From NCBI RefSeq assembly GCF_006345805.1, contig NC_043002.1, positions 25,978,001-26,042,000 of the forward strand: a DNA stretch of 64,000 nt, read 5' to 3'. The notes under the pieces were generated by a model, which saw nothing but the letters and a program-made list of their open reading frames with translations, ran no database searches and had not been told where the DNA came from. Position 1 is the stretch's first letter; every line of letters starts with the position of its first letter. This stretch comes from Octopus sinensis. Its lineage: Eukaryota. Below are positions 1 through 12,675 of this stretch, piece after piece. Made by a program: the position numbers and the translations under genes.

Positions 1-53
<53 letters not shown>

Positions 54-325
54 TATATTATACATACATACATATATATATATATGCATATATGTACACA
101 TGCATAAGTATATGAGTATGTGAGAGTGTGTGCCTTGTCTCTATGCCTATACATGTGTCGTGTTGCCCCGCATTTTGTAAAGAAGTAGGTGAGCCTATCG
201 AGGATTAGATGTCGATAAAATAAGCAGCAAACTGAATGAAGTGGGTTCAATATGATATACGAAATAAATCTTTGAAGTCGGTATATTATCTTGGCAGTAA
301 GCCAATGTACGTAATCACAGTGAAA

Positions 326-372
<47 letters not shown>

Positions 373-499
373 TGTACGTGCGTGTATATTATATATATAT
401 AATATATACACACACATACATGCATACATATATACATTATATTTGTGTGTGGTATTACTACACACACACACATATAATGTATATACATGCATACAAACT

Positions 500-561
<62 letters not shown>

Positions 562-660
562 AAATGAATGGATAGACACGGAAAGAGAGAAAAAGTGGGA
601 AGCAGACGGACAGAGACGGCAGAAAAGAAAGGAGACAGGAGAGCGTGAGAGAGAGAGGGT

Positions 661-695
<35 letters not shown>

Positions 696-892
696 GCATG
701 ATAGACATAGAGACACTTAAGATCGTTCATCTTCACTCAGCCAAGAAATGAGGTATTCATCAAAAAACGTGCCCAATAAGAAATTCATATAATGTAAATT
801 ACTTAGTTCTATGACAGCGTCTATTTGAAAAGTGGAACGGAAATTGAAGAATCTCGAATATACAAAGCATGTAGATAAATCTATAGTGCATT

Positions 893-980
<88 letters not shown>

Positions 981-1155
981 GAGTGTGTGTGCATAATATA
1001 TGTATATATCTATATAAATACACTTGTACATACACTCAAATACATGTTTGATTACTCTGGATGGAGTAATGACTCAGAGACTGCCATTTGCCTTTATATG
1101 CAGTGTATAAGTATAGGCAAAAAAGAAATAGCTGAATGTAGAAGAGGAAATCGAG

Positions 1156-1211
<56 letters not shown>

Positions 1212-1250
1212 TAATAATAATAATTATTATTATTATTATTAATAATATTA
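1..1250. repeat. Microsatellite cluster: (TA)n, (GA)n, (CTAT)n, (ATA)n/(ATT)n
   Basis: Direct reading. Similar (TA)n, (CA)n, (TATG)n, (TATC)n and (TAA)n arrays recur through the window and explain most ORF-track entries. Confidence 0.95.
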
Positions 1251-1257
1251 TAATTAA

Positions 1258-1466
1258 GGCGGCGAGTTGGTAGAATCGTTAGCACGCTGGATAAGTGCTT
1301 AGCGATATTTCGCCCATCACTGCGTTCTGTGCTTGAATTACGCCGAAGTCGACTTTACCTTTTATCCTTTCGTGGTCGATAAATTAAGTACCAGTTGAGT
1401 ACTGGGGTCGCTGTAATCGACTATCCCCTCCACCAAGCTTCAGGTCTTGTGCCTATAATAGCATGG
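1258..1466 (+). mobile_element. SINE family A (ggcggcgagctggcagaatcgttagc..., Meta/MESC-like core)
   Basis: Contains cctttcatcctttcggggtcgataaattaagtaccag and has (ATT)n flanks. More than ten copies occur in the window. Confidence 0.8.
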
Positions 1467-1527
<61 letters not shown>

Positions 1528-1635
1528 CAATAATATTAATATGCTAACTTTTTTTTGTTTGTTCGTACCTGTTGTGTGCGTCACACTCACTTCAAAGAAG
1601 TGACAAAGCGAGAGAGAAGAGGCCAGAGAGGAAGT

Positions 1636-1671
<36 letters not shown>

Positions 1672-1689
1672 TGAGAGAGTAGTAGAGAA

Positions 1690-1766
1690 AAAGACAGAGA
1701 GAGAATGATAGAGACAGTGAATGGTGAAAGCGTTCGTTTTGTGTTTTTAAATGTTTCAGAGAGGAC

Positions 1767-1842
<76 letters not shown>

Positions 1843-1920
1843 TGAGAGAGAAAAAGAAAGAGAGTGAAAGAGACTGTGAATGGTGACGGCGTTCGTTTTG
1901 TGTTTTTAAATGTTTAGCAC
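1690..1920 (+). repeat. Local ~155 bp tandem duplication around a (GA)n tract
   Basis: gtgaatggtga...cgttcgttttgtgtttttaaatgttt occurs twice (~1716 and ~1875). Confidence 0.8.
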
Positions 1921-2546
1921 ATCGCAAGAGAAGTAGATACATAGATTCATATACACACTGTTAAATCAAAAGTGGGAGAGAAGAGGGACACGAAGAAAGA
2001 GACAGAGAGAGAAAGTGAGAGAGACAATAGATACATAAATCCAAAGAAAAGTTCATACATAGATCCATACACACAGAAAATATTGGATGTCAATTTCACT
2101 TTTCATTACCACACGACGATAAAATTAACTCACAAAGTGGCTGAGTACACTCCACAGACATGCATAACATTAATGTGGTTCTCAGGGAGATTCAGCCTCA
2201 CACAGAATATGACAAGGCTGGCACCTTTGAATTACGGCTACAACTCGGAACACATATATTAATGTATTTGTCCGTGTATTGTTTAGGTTACTTAAAACAT
2301 GTTTGCAATAATAAGAGTCGCGTGGTGGAAATAAACTCAATTACCAAACTTTCATTTATAAATCCATTTATTATTTCGTTCTTTTGCATTTCAGTTTATA
2401 CATTAAGGTTCTTTGAACATGTACGATATATTTTAAGGTTGAATAACAATTCCGTTTAAGTTTGTGTAACAGATATTTTGGTGGCATTATATATTCATTG
2501 GTGTTACTTCACATTTTATATTCTGTAACTGTCACAATATTCTTTT

Positions 2547-2790
2547 CTAGGCCTGAAATTTTGTAGGGAGGGAGCCAGTTGATAAGATCGACTCCAGTAC
2601 ACAACTGATACTTAATTTATTTACCCTGAGAGGACGAAAGGCAAAGTCGATCTCGGCAGAATTTGAACTCAGAACGTAAAGACAGACGGTCATAATATAC
2701 AAACATTTCTCATGGTACGAGTACACTGTTTACAGATGCTTACATTTTTTATGTTTTCCGTGAGTTTTTCACGGGTCCAGCTAGTAATTA

Positions 2791-2848
<58 letters not shown>

Positions 2849-3490
2849 GTCGGCGAGCTGGCAGAATCGTTAGCACGCCGGGCGAAGTGCTTAGCAGTAG
2901 TTCATCCTTCCTTAGGTTCTGAGTTCAAATTCCGCCGTGGTCGACTTTGCTTTCATCCTTTCGGGGTCGATAAAATAAAAGCAATCGATTTAACCCCTCC
3001 AGCAAAATTTCAGGCATTGTGCCTTTAGTAGAAAGGATTATTATTATTATTATTATTAAGGTGGCGAGCTGGCAGAATCGTTAGCACTCCGGGTAAATGC
3101 TTAGCGGCATTTCGTCCATCTTTAGTTAAAATTCCGCCGAGTTTGACTTTACTATTCGTCTTTTCGGGGTCGACAAATTAAGTACTAATGGAACACTGGG
3201 GTCGATGTAATCGACTTGTCTTCTCCCACCAAATATTAAGCCTTGTGCCTATAATAGAAGGGATTATTATTATTATTAAAGGCAACGAGTTGGCAATATT
3301 AACACAATGGAGAAAATGGTTAGCAGCATATCGTCCGTCCTTACGTTCCAAATTCAAATTCTGCTGAGATGGACATTGCCTTTTATCCTTTCGAGGTCGA
3401 TAAAATATGTACCAGTCAAGTAATGAAGTCGATGTAGTCTATCAAACCCCACTTCCTCAAATTTCAGGTCCTTTGCCTGTATGGAAAAGG
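2547..3490. mobile_element. Cluster of family A SINEs (2547-2689 minus; 2849-3037, 3059-3262, 3280-3490 plus)
   Basis: Repeated heads and cores, separated by (ATT)n. Confidence 0.85.
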
Positions 3491-3634
3491 TTGTTATTAT
3501 TATTTTGCCTTCAGGTGTATCTGAATTCAGGACATAAAGCTCCGGGAGAAATGCCATTCTGCTGAGTGGCATTTCTCAACACGCAAACGATTCTGACAGT
3601 TCACTGCAAAATAATAATAATAATAATAATAATA

Positions 3635-3670
<36 letters not shown>

Positions 3671-3769
3671 TAATAATAATAATAATAAGAATAATAAAAA
3701 TAATAAAGATCAGGATGATCTTTATATACGAGATACACGCGGTCGATACGGCGACGTGGTCCGTCCCGT

Positions 3770-4225
3770 AAAAGGATGTGTTTGTTAATTGACATGAGTA
3801 TTCCTTGCGATCACAATATAGCGGCGAAAGAATTTGACAAGATTAGTAAATATAAGGACTTGCTAATGGAAATTGAAAAAATGTGGCATCTCAGAGCGAC
3901 TACAGTACCAGTGATTGTGGGATCTCTAGGAATCATAAAAATAGGTACTGAAACCTATTTGAAAATGATACCAGGCTTACCATCTCTACAGGAAGTGCAA
4001 AAAATCGTGTTGACTGGAACGGCTCATGCACTGAGAAGAGCATTATCGCTGTGAAAACAACATCCATTCATGAATATATTTATTCATTAATTTATTAAAT
4101 ACATATTTTACCTGGGACTTTGCGTGTGTAATCTGGGAATGCATACAATGAGCTTCTCTGCCCTAGGTGTATGGAAAACACTAGGCGAGAAACGGAAGAA
4201 AATTTGAAGAAAGAAGGAAAAAACA
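3770..4225 (+). mobile_element. R4/Dong-clade non-LTR retrotransposon 3' fragment (restriction-like endonuclease C-terminus plus 3' UTR)
   Basis: ORF 3776-4054 CLLIDMSIPCDHNIAAKEFDKISKYKDL...VPVIVGSLG...LQEVQKIVLTGTAHALRRAL matches the RLE PD..D..KE..K..KY pattern of R4/Dong elements. It is flanked by (TAA)n on both sides. Confidence 0.85.
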
Positions 4226-4242
4226 TAATAATAATAATAATA

Positions 4243-4279
<37 letters not shown>

Positions 4280-4313
4280 CATAATAATGATAATGATGAT
4301 GATGATGATGATG

Positions 4314-4355
<42 letters not shown>

Positions 4356-4365
4356 TAATAATAAT

Positions 4366-4396
<31 letters not shown>

Positions 4397-4928
4397 TCGC
4401 GCATATATGGTTGTGTGCCCAGTGTACTCTTATCAGACAGGTAGTCATGATGGGTATATTGGGCTTCATGTATTTGTACCCTAGTGTCACAAGATTAATA
4501 ATCATGCTCACGTATTTGATACATAAATGGCAATTTCTATCTGTCGATCTGTCTGTTAGCATTTTGCCGCCTACACCAGTAAACCAATCTTGACGAAACT
4601 TTGCATACATGTTAAACCTTGTTTAATTATAGGCTGACTGGATTTTAATAAAGATCTATAATGGCACCCTAGGCTATTATTTCATAAAATGAGAAGGGTG
4701 CAAAATTGTTAGTCTAAGGGAAATGTGGTGGCATAGTGAATGTGTGTGATGTTAGGGAAGGGGAGAACAGCTTTGTGTAAGCAACAATTGTGGAGTGGCA
4801 GTGGGATGTAACGTTAGTAGAGCTGCCATTCACGGATATACATGTGACGCTGCATACACACTTTCTTAAATACATAGATACATGCCCATACACACGCACT
4901 CTACAAACAAACACACACTGCAAACACA

Positions 4929-4959
<31 letters not shown>

Positions 4960-5040
4960 ACACACACACACACACCACACACACATATATATATATATAC
5001 ATATATTAGAAGGTTTGGAGGTGATGTACAGGTATTACAT

Positions 5041-5245
5041 ATTAGAAGAAATGAGGAACTCAGAAATCTGGATGGTTTTATATTTACAGATTTTTATCAA
5101 TATGTCACATGTTTTTATAAATCATATATTAGCGCTTGCATCTACTCTAGTAGATTCTATATGATTTATAAAAACATGTGACATATTAATAAAAATTTGT
5201 AAATATAAAACCATCCAGATTTCTGAGTACCTTAGTTCTTGTAAT
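5041..5245. repeat. ~200 bp fold-back
   Basis: ctcagaaatctggatggttttatatttac...atcatata versus tatatgat...gtaaatataaaaccatccagatttctgag. Confidence 0.9.
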
Positions 5246-5288
5246 ATATATATATGTACATATATATGTACATACGTACGTACATATG

Positions 5289-5936
5289 TCTGCTATACAC
5301 CATTTTAAACTAATGATTACCTGTGTGTATGTTTGTAAATGTGTGTGTGTGTGTGTGGGTATGTGGTGTCCTATAACTGTCAGTTTTGTAGGGTGTTCCC
5401 CGTTGCTGTCGCATATTGTGAAATTTTAAAATTACGTCAAAATTTTCAAATTTCGTATATTGAAATAAATTCTCACGTTAAATCTGATTTTGTTATTTAT
5501 TCGTTCCCCAAAAAATGGCAGGAAATTGTTACTGAGGTTTAAAGTTTAATCAATCTTACGTAATCAGAAAACAGGATTTGGAAGCTGGCATTTTCTGCAT
5601 GATGGCTGTCTATCACAAAATGAAAGCAAAATCATTACGAGGAGGAATTTTTATTAAACAAACGAAAGCAAAGCATTACGACAACCATAGTTGTAAGAAC
5701 TTCTGAAGTTTTAATAAGTTTTAATGAATAAAGTCATGTGAAACGGTTGAACAAACATGTGAATAATTTAAAAAGAAAAAAATCCTCAACGAAGTTTTTT
5801 GCGAAAAAGTGCACAAATCTTTCCTGATCAAGAAGTCTATCTGTTGGGCAAGGGATAGTCTGACATAGAATAAACAAAAATTATATATGACATTCTATTG
5901 TAAAAATTGCCCGGCAACGACGGGCTATTCAGGTAG
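5289..5936 (+). mobile_element. Probable non-autonomous Helitron (5' end uncertain)
   Basis: Hairpin gcccg-gcaacga-cgggc at 5909-5925, followed 7 nt later by GTAG|T (decayed CTAG). The layout matches 36067-36095. Confidence 0.55.
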
Positions 5937-6720
5937 TATATAATAATTATGAAAGTGATGACGGTTATGTTGCGGACGACGTTGAAGACGATGATGATAA
6001 AAATAATATCATTATTATCATCATCGTCATCAATATAATTATTGTCATATTCATATTTATTATATATATGTATGTGTGTGTGTTCGTATCTTTCTTTACC
6101 TTTGTCTACCAGCGTTGGATATAACAGTAACTTAGACTTTCGACAAATAGTAGCGATAAATTACTAAGCCAGCTAGCTTCCACTAATGCACAATGATCAA
6201 TAAAATTTACCTATACTTTTAGTAATTGCCAATTTGCAATCAATATTTACGTAATCAGTTCAAAAGTGCACAGTCGCTAAGGATATCCCAAAATAGGATC
6301 GTAACTACTCCAGCCACTCTCTCTGTATCTGTCTACGAAGGTATTGTGCATAAAGATATATGGCTTAAGCCTCTTTGTTACAAACTATGTTCAATAGAAT
6401 CTACATATATTCTGTAGCAGCGCATAATTCGTTAATTCAACCCTAAACCTAACTAGATCCCCAAGGTGTTTTATATATGAGATTTTGTCCATTCAGTTAA
6501 CTAATAGGCATAATAATAATCGGTTTGAAATCCCAATACCTACTCGGAAAAAGTGCTGTTGATCCCACTTTTTTTTCTGAATATTAATTTATGCTACGAA
6601 TACACAGGGTCGGTGTTTACATCAGTCTCTTACAAATATATTCTTTTATACAGTACAACATACATACATACATACATACATACATACATACATACATACA
6701 TACATACGCATGCACTAGAT

Positions 6721-6906
6721 GACTTGTTCCCAATCTGGGGTCCGCAGAACCCTGGTGGTTCGCAAAGGTAGTACTGTGGGTCCGCGAACTAAATTCAAAA
6801 TTTCATATGTACATATATATATATACATAAAGATAAGCATATTAAAAGAGATCCGTGGGAAACTCATTTAAATAAAAGTATTGGGAGCCACTGTTGGGAA
6901 CCACTG
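6721..6906. mobile_element. hAT (Charlie-like) MITE
   Basis: The right end gttgggaaccactg is the reverse complement of CAGTGGTTCCCAAC. The left end is ttgttcccaatctggggtccgc, with an approximate 8-bp TSD (cactagat/caccaggt). Confidence 0.6.
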
Positions 6907-7186
6907 CACCAGGTTGTCGACGAAAGGAAAGAGTACTGAATACTTGCGTGTATCACTTATATAAAAGATAACGTAATATGAAATAGATATGTATGAATAT
7001 GTGGATACATAAATACATACACACCTACACACACACACACACCACTGTCTACCAAATCCACCTATAAGGCTTTGGTCGGCCCGAGGCTATAGTAGAAAAC
7101 ACTTGCCCAAGATGCCACGCAGTGGGACTGAACCCGGAGCTATGTGGTTGGTAAGCAAGCTACTTATCACACAGCCACTCCTGCGC

Positions 7187-7219
<33 letters not shown>

Positions 7220-7747
7220 CATTTTCAATATAAAAGTGCATACTATATATACACAAAGCTGAAGAGGAAGCCACCTCTTTGTGTATAGATATTATGCACT
7301 TTTATATTGAAATATTTATGTCTTCGAACTTCATTAAGCATGCTGACCACTGGTGAAAAAATTATTTAATACCCTCTATAAATTTACATACATACATATA
7401 TATCTACATTATGTCAAGGCGCAAGCCATAGTGATTAGGGTATTCGGCTCACGATCGCTAGGTCATGAGTAGTATCCTTGAGCAAGCGACTTTATTTCAC
7501 GCTGCTGTAGTCCATTCAGCTGACATAAATGAATTGTACGTGTATTACAGTGGTGGCCAGCCTTGTCACATTCTCTATCACGCTGAATCTCCGTGATAAT
7601 TACCTTAAGGGTACACGTGTTTATGGAGTGCTCAACCACTTGCTCATAACAGACTGCTCCGTTGATCGGATCAACTGGAACTCTCGTCGTAGTAACCGAT
7701 CGAGAGAGAGTTTGATATTCTATATATATATAAATATATTATATATG

Positions 7748-7911
7748 TGGAGGCGCAATGGCCTAGTGGTTAGGGCAGCGGACTCGCGGTCGCAGGATCG
7801 CGGTTTCGATTCTCAGACCGGGCGTTGTGTGTGTTTATTGAGCGAAAACACCTAAAAGCTCTACGAGGCTCCGGCAGGGGGTGGTGATCCCTGCTGTACT
7901 CTTTCACCACA
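7748..7911 (+). mobile_element. tRNA-derived SINE family B, 3'-truncated
   Basis: A box tggcctagtgg and B box ggtttcgattc. Other copies at 24075-24385 (-), 40838-41130 (+, variant), 57257-57548 (+) and 58018-58317 (-). Confidence 0.85.
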
Positions 7912-8855
7912 ATGGCGAAATTTTCGTCGCTTTAAGACCGCGACCTGTTCACTGACAAAAATCCGGCAGCACGGATTTTTGTCAGTGAACAGGTCTTAAA
8001 GCGACGAAAATATTTTGACAAATTAAACTTAAATGTTGAAGTGAATCGAACGGCTTCTGTGTGTTTCTTAAATGGCTTACAAACACCTTCCACGCTGCAA
8101 TTGTTTATATATATATATATATATATAATACACACACACACACACACACACACTCATATGTATATGTATATATGTTTCTGTCTATCAACCCTTTCACGCT
8201 TATTCGTTCAATCCACTCTTCGTTCTTTCGTTTCCTCTCCCTCACATTTCTTTGCCTTCTCTTCTTACTCACTTTCTGTCCACTTTTCACTTCACTGTGT
8301 CCCTGTGCTTTTTCTCGCCCCTAATTAATTCTTCTATCTATCTGCTTCTACTTCTCTCTCATCTCTTCCCACGTGACCGCCGGTCAGCCTAGCCTATTCT
8401 TTCTTTCTTGGTCTGACCGCCGTCCGTGCAACACCGATATTCTTCCCTGTGTTTGTGAAACTTCTGTATCTCTGCCGTGAGGCTTCATTTTCATACGCGC
8501 CAGCTTAATTCAATTCGTCCTTAGTCGAAAGACACCTGTTGTTATGTCCTGTTATTATTTTATTGTATTTATTATCATATTTATATTCGTGTCGTCCTTG
8601 TTTTTGTATACATTCGGTGCTTTCTTCCAAGGAATGTAATGCTCTTCGCTTAGTTTTTCCTTGGGGTTGGCCAGATTGGAGTTATCTCAAGTATAATCAG
8701 CCGAAATTGTGGGGATAATCTTGTGCTTCACTGAGGAAAGTTCTTGTTTTCTTTGTATCGTCTATCTGGATGTTTTGTTGTCCCACTTTTGTATCACCTA
8801 ACTGTCCGTTTTGTGTTTTGTGTTCTTGTCCCATTTCATTGCAACTGTCCAACTT

Positions 8856-8922
<67 letters not shown>

Positions 8923-9372
8923 TATATACATATGCATATACATATATATATATATACATATATATACATATACATATACATATATATATATACATATTAT
9001 ATATACAATATATGCATACATATATACATATATATGTATACATATATATATATATACAAATATATATACATATATATATATACATATATATATGTATATA
9101 AGGCTCGAAACGTTAAATACTTTTTCACTTCCCGAGTGTTATACTAATACATCTGTTTGTTGTCTACATCACCTGTCTTCGTCTTTTGTTTTTTGTTTTG
9201 TGAATACTCCCTATATATATAGATATATATCTATGTATATATAAATCTATGCTTTAAAGAAAGATATATTACACACCACACACACACATACACACACACA
9301 TACACACATACACACAAACATTCACACTTTGACTGAAGTGTCACCGCTGGAATGCTTTGACCATATGCTTAC

Positions 9373-9429
9373 TTTGTCAGGGTTGCTATCAAAGTAAATA
9401 CCACTATCACCAACACACACGGCAGCCAT
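9373..9429 (-). CDS. Candidate short first coding exon (MAAVCVGDSGIYFDSNPDK, phase-0 donor), unidentified gene
   Basis: gaagATGGctgcc start context after a purine-rich leader, 19 codons, then AAA|GTAAGC donor. No homology recognised and no downstream exon found. Confidence 0.25.
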
Positions 9430-9895
9430 CTTCAGCCGCCTCTTCTTCTCCTTCTTCTCTTCCTTCTTCTCCTTCTTCTTCCTCCTCCTCCTCTCTCCGT
9501 CTTTCTCCACTTCCTCTTCATAATCGTCAATATCAAGAAGAACAAGAACAACAGTAACAATATCTACTATAATACATTCATAGTTATCTTCTATTTAATT
9601 CACACATACAGTAAGACCAACTATGTATGCAGCGTCGTTTACCTGTCTCTGTGTCTGTGTGTCTGCATTAGATATATGCCTACTGTTTTTGTTTTTAATC
9701 TCTGCGTGATTAAGATCACTGAATATTAGATAGAATTTTCATGTTTGTTTTTGCTCAGATGTACTCAATCGGTATTGATCTAGTCAGTTCCAACCGTGGC
9801 TATCTCATTTTTAACCAGATATAGTACATAGAAGACTGAACACATTAGTCAATGCATCCATCCCTCCTATATCACTTTCGCTGCCTATCTATCTA

Positions 9896-9968
<73 letters not shown>

Positions 9969-9974
9969 AGTCTA

Positions 9975-10024
<50 letters not shown>

Positions 10025-11285
10025 CGTCTGTCCTTCTATGTATGTATTTGTCAGTCTCTTTGCCTCTCTACTTGTCTATTTCATAGAAGCAGGTTTTGTG
10101 ATTGAATTTCGATTTAATTGATTATTCGCCACCCCATTTTACCACAGAATCTATGATCATATCCTTATGCCCGCAAGCCAACAAAAAGGACCTTATTCGA
10201 TTACTTCACTTCGCAAAACGAATAGACATATTTCACTTTAAATCATACTCGTTTCAAATTTTTGACTACGAGCGTGCACAGTACACAAGACTTTTCCTGT
10301 CAATTATATCTACCCCAGTATTTACTCTTCAGCTATATTATCGATCTATTTTTTTTTCTGACTGGCTAAAATCTGCCTTTCTAAACAGATACTCCACAAG
10401 GTACCTCTATTCAACGTAACGAAGAAAGTTGTAATTAAGCAATATATTTTTGTTTGACGCAACGATATGCACACACACGCAGCTGTATACACGCACACAA
10501 ACATATATATACATACATTTTTCCACTTATATTTTACGGACAATACCTCGAGGCTATTATAGAAGACACTCGTCTAACGTGTCGCACGGTGAGATCGAAT
10601 CTAGGACAACATGGTTGCAATACAAACTTAACCATACAGCCACGTCAGCACATATTTTGAAACTACATATATATAGATATAATGATAAAAAATAAAATCT
10701 TTTCTGCTTTTTAAATAATTGTTTATAAGTACTTAGTCAGCTTTTACACTCAGATGAAATAAATACACTGCCTCTGTTGTATTTTTCTCAATTCGAATAT
10801 AATAATTTCTTTTTTTTTTTGTAGGAGAAAAAATGAGAGACAAAATGAGAAACAAAGAAGAATGCAATCGCATTACTAAACTCAGTATGCTTGAAGTAAC
10901 AAATTTATGTTTGGCTCGAGGTTGAAATGGATGTATTAAGACCTGCCATAAAAAGAATACCCCCACAAGATCATCCTGGTCTTCTTTTTAACCATCGTCT
11001 ACCTAATACTGTGAAATCCACTGTTGTCTCAGGTGTCTTTGTAAAGAGTGTGACTCAAAGAAAATTTTGTTACTATGTATAGCAAGTTGAGCGTTCACTC
11101 GCAGACTTCTTTGTTGATTGCTTTGCTGGTTTGTTGATCAGGAAACTGAAATGACTGGATGACTGGCGTAAGAATGTCTACTGAAAGTGGACTAATCCTG
11201 TATTTGTCTACTTTAAGCTGCTTAACTTTTCATCAAATCATAACTGTGCTCTTCGTTATGATATAACTGCACCAGGAGAGTTAGA

Positions 11286-12439
11286 TCATACTTCTGAGTA
11301 CCTAGTAGCCTGGGTTGACACCAGCTGCAATTGGCCGACATCTGTAGCAATGAAAGATCTGAAAAATATTCTGATGAATGTCTCTCTAAACTGTTTACTC
11401 ATTGTGCAATACAATACGAAGTTGATGCCGTTGTTAATGAGTGTGAGAATATCAAGGGTATCTCCCAAATAGATGTAGTAATTGTTGAAGAAAGAGTTAA
11501 AAGTTCCAATCAATATAAATATACCATGTGGGGTTTCTGTTATAAGGAACAGCACTACAACTGTCAGTAACATCTTTGTAGTTCGATTAGTTTTCCTTTC
11601 TCGACCGCTATCGTCATCTGTTCTGCCACTTCGACTTAACAGCCTCTTCCGTCTTATCTCGACCTCTTGCATGGTTTTCACAAGTAATATACTCAAAACT
11701 GTCAAGAGTAAGCTTGGTAAACAGCTAAGGATAATGCTTGCACCCAAAAGTTCATCTTCTTGAGAATTCTCTCAGCTTCATTATTCTCCCTGAAATCAAC
11801 ATACCACATTGTTGAATTATGTCCTGCATTGCACTTGATTTCTAACGTTGCACTATTAGGAACACATACTATAGTGGTAACTACGGTCACTAGAATTACT
11901 GCCAGTTTAGCTCTTGGTATACTGCACAAATAGGTGCCTTTGCGTGGATACCGAATGAAAATGTACCGGAACAGAGCCAATGTAACTGTCAACCAAATTG
12001 AAATGGAATGTACAACAACGCTACATACAGCGTAGGCAAATAAAAAGCGGGCATCACCAATACTGTCACGGCTCTCCGGAGAATCTGGTCCATAGATGAC
12101 ATAATTGTTTAAAGCAAATGGGAAGTAGAGTGCCATTGTAAGTCCATCGCTAATGGCCAGTCCAGTCAGGATTATATTTGACGGAGAAATCATGTTTTTT
12201 CTTGTCAATACAATAATGTTGAGAATATTCGTGATGACTCCAAATATGCAAACGATGGAAGCTACATAGCCATGAATGCCTGCGTACCAGTAGTGATAAG
12301 CCACTAATAAATTATTTGTATCAAGAGGTAATTCGTCTTCTGTTATGTTAGTGGCATTATCATAGAAAAGGATCTCCGTTGAATTATCTTCATTAAAAAT
12401 GTCTGATGGATACATCGGAGAATGTGTTATGGCCGACAT
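11286..12439 (-). CDS. Class A (rhodopsin-like) neuropeptide GPCR, myosuppressin-receptor/DMSR-1/Srw-like, intronless CDS broken by one -1 frameshift at ~11735 (384 aa if repaired)
   Basis: ORF 11702-12439 gives an N-terminus with N-glycosylation sequons (NST, NAT, NIT), TM1 GVITNILNIIVL, TM2 LAISD, TM3 HSISIWLTVTLALFRY (FRY at the DRY position) and TM4. Overlapping ORF 11286-11747 gives TM5 LPSLLLTVLS, TM6 RTTKMLLTVVVLFLITETPHG and TM7 INNGINFVLYCTMSKQFRETF. Adding one A at caa gc[a] att joins them as FWVQAIILSCLPS. Confidence 0.9.
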
Positions 12440-12675
12440 AATTTCTTGATGGATGTTTTTCTTAGAGTTATCACGCTTCTATCGCTTTCTGAATTTTGTT
12501 TCCTTCACTTCTAATATATTTTCCTTTTATTTATCAATTTAATTTTCTTTCATACATTTATATACAGATTATGTTGTTTTACAATAAATTTCCATCTGCG
12601 GCAGCTTATCACTTTCTAGCTGGCATCCTTTCTCCTTATCTTTCCTCTGGAGTTTCTGTTGTTTTCATGAGACAA

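Noticed and set aside
2547-3490. CRISPR-like repeat/spacer array
   Set aside because: The units are ~200 bp SINE copies separated by microsatellites in a eukaryotic context, and no cas genes are present.
7748-7822. tRNA genes at SINE heads (also 18910, 40838, 57257)
   Set aside because: A and B boxes are present, but the cloverleaf is incomplete and the sequence continues into SINE bodies.
11737-11743. Micro-intron gtgcaag rescuing the GPCR frame
   Set aside because: It is only 7 nt long, and its removal would not give the needed frame.
11735-11760. Programmed -1 ribosomal frameshift as an explanation for the GPCR break
   Set aside because: aac ttt tgg gtg does not form an in-phase X XXY YYZ slippery heptamer, and no obvious downstream stimulator is present.
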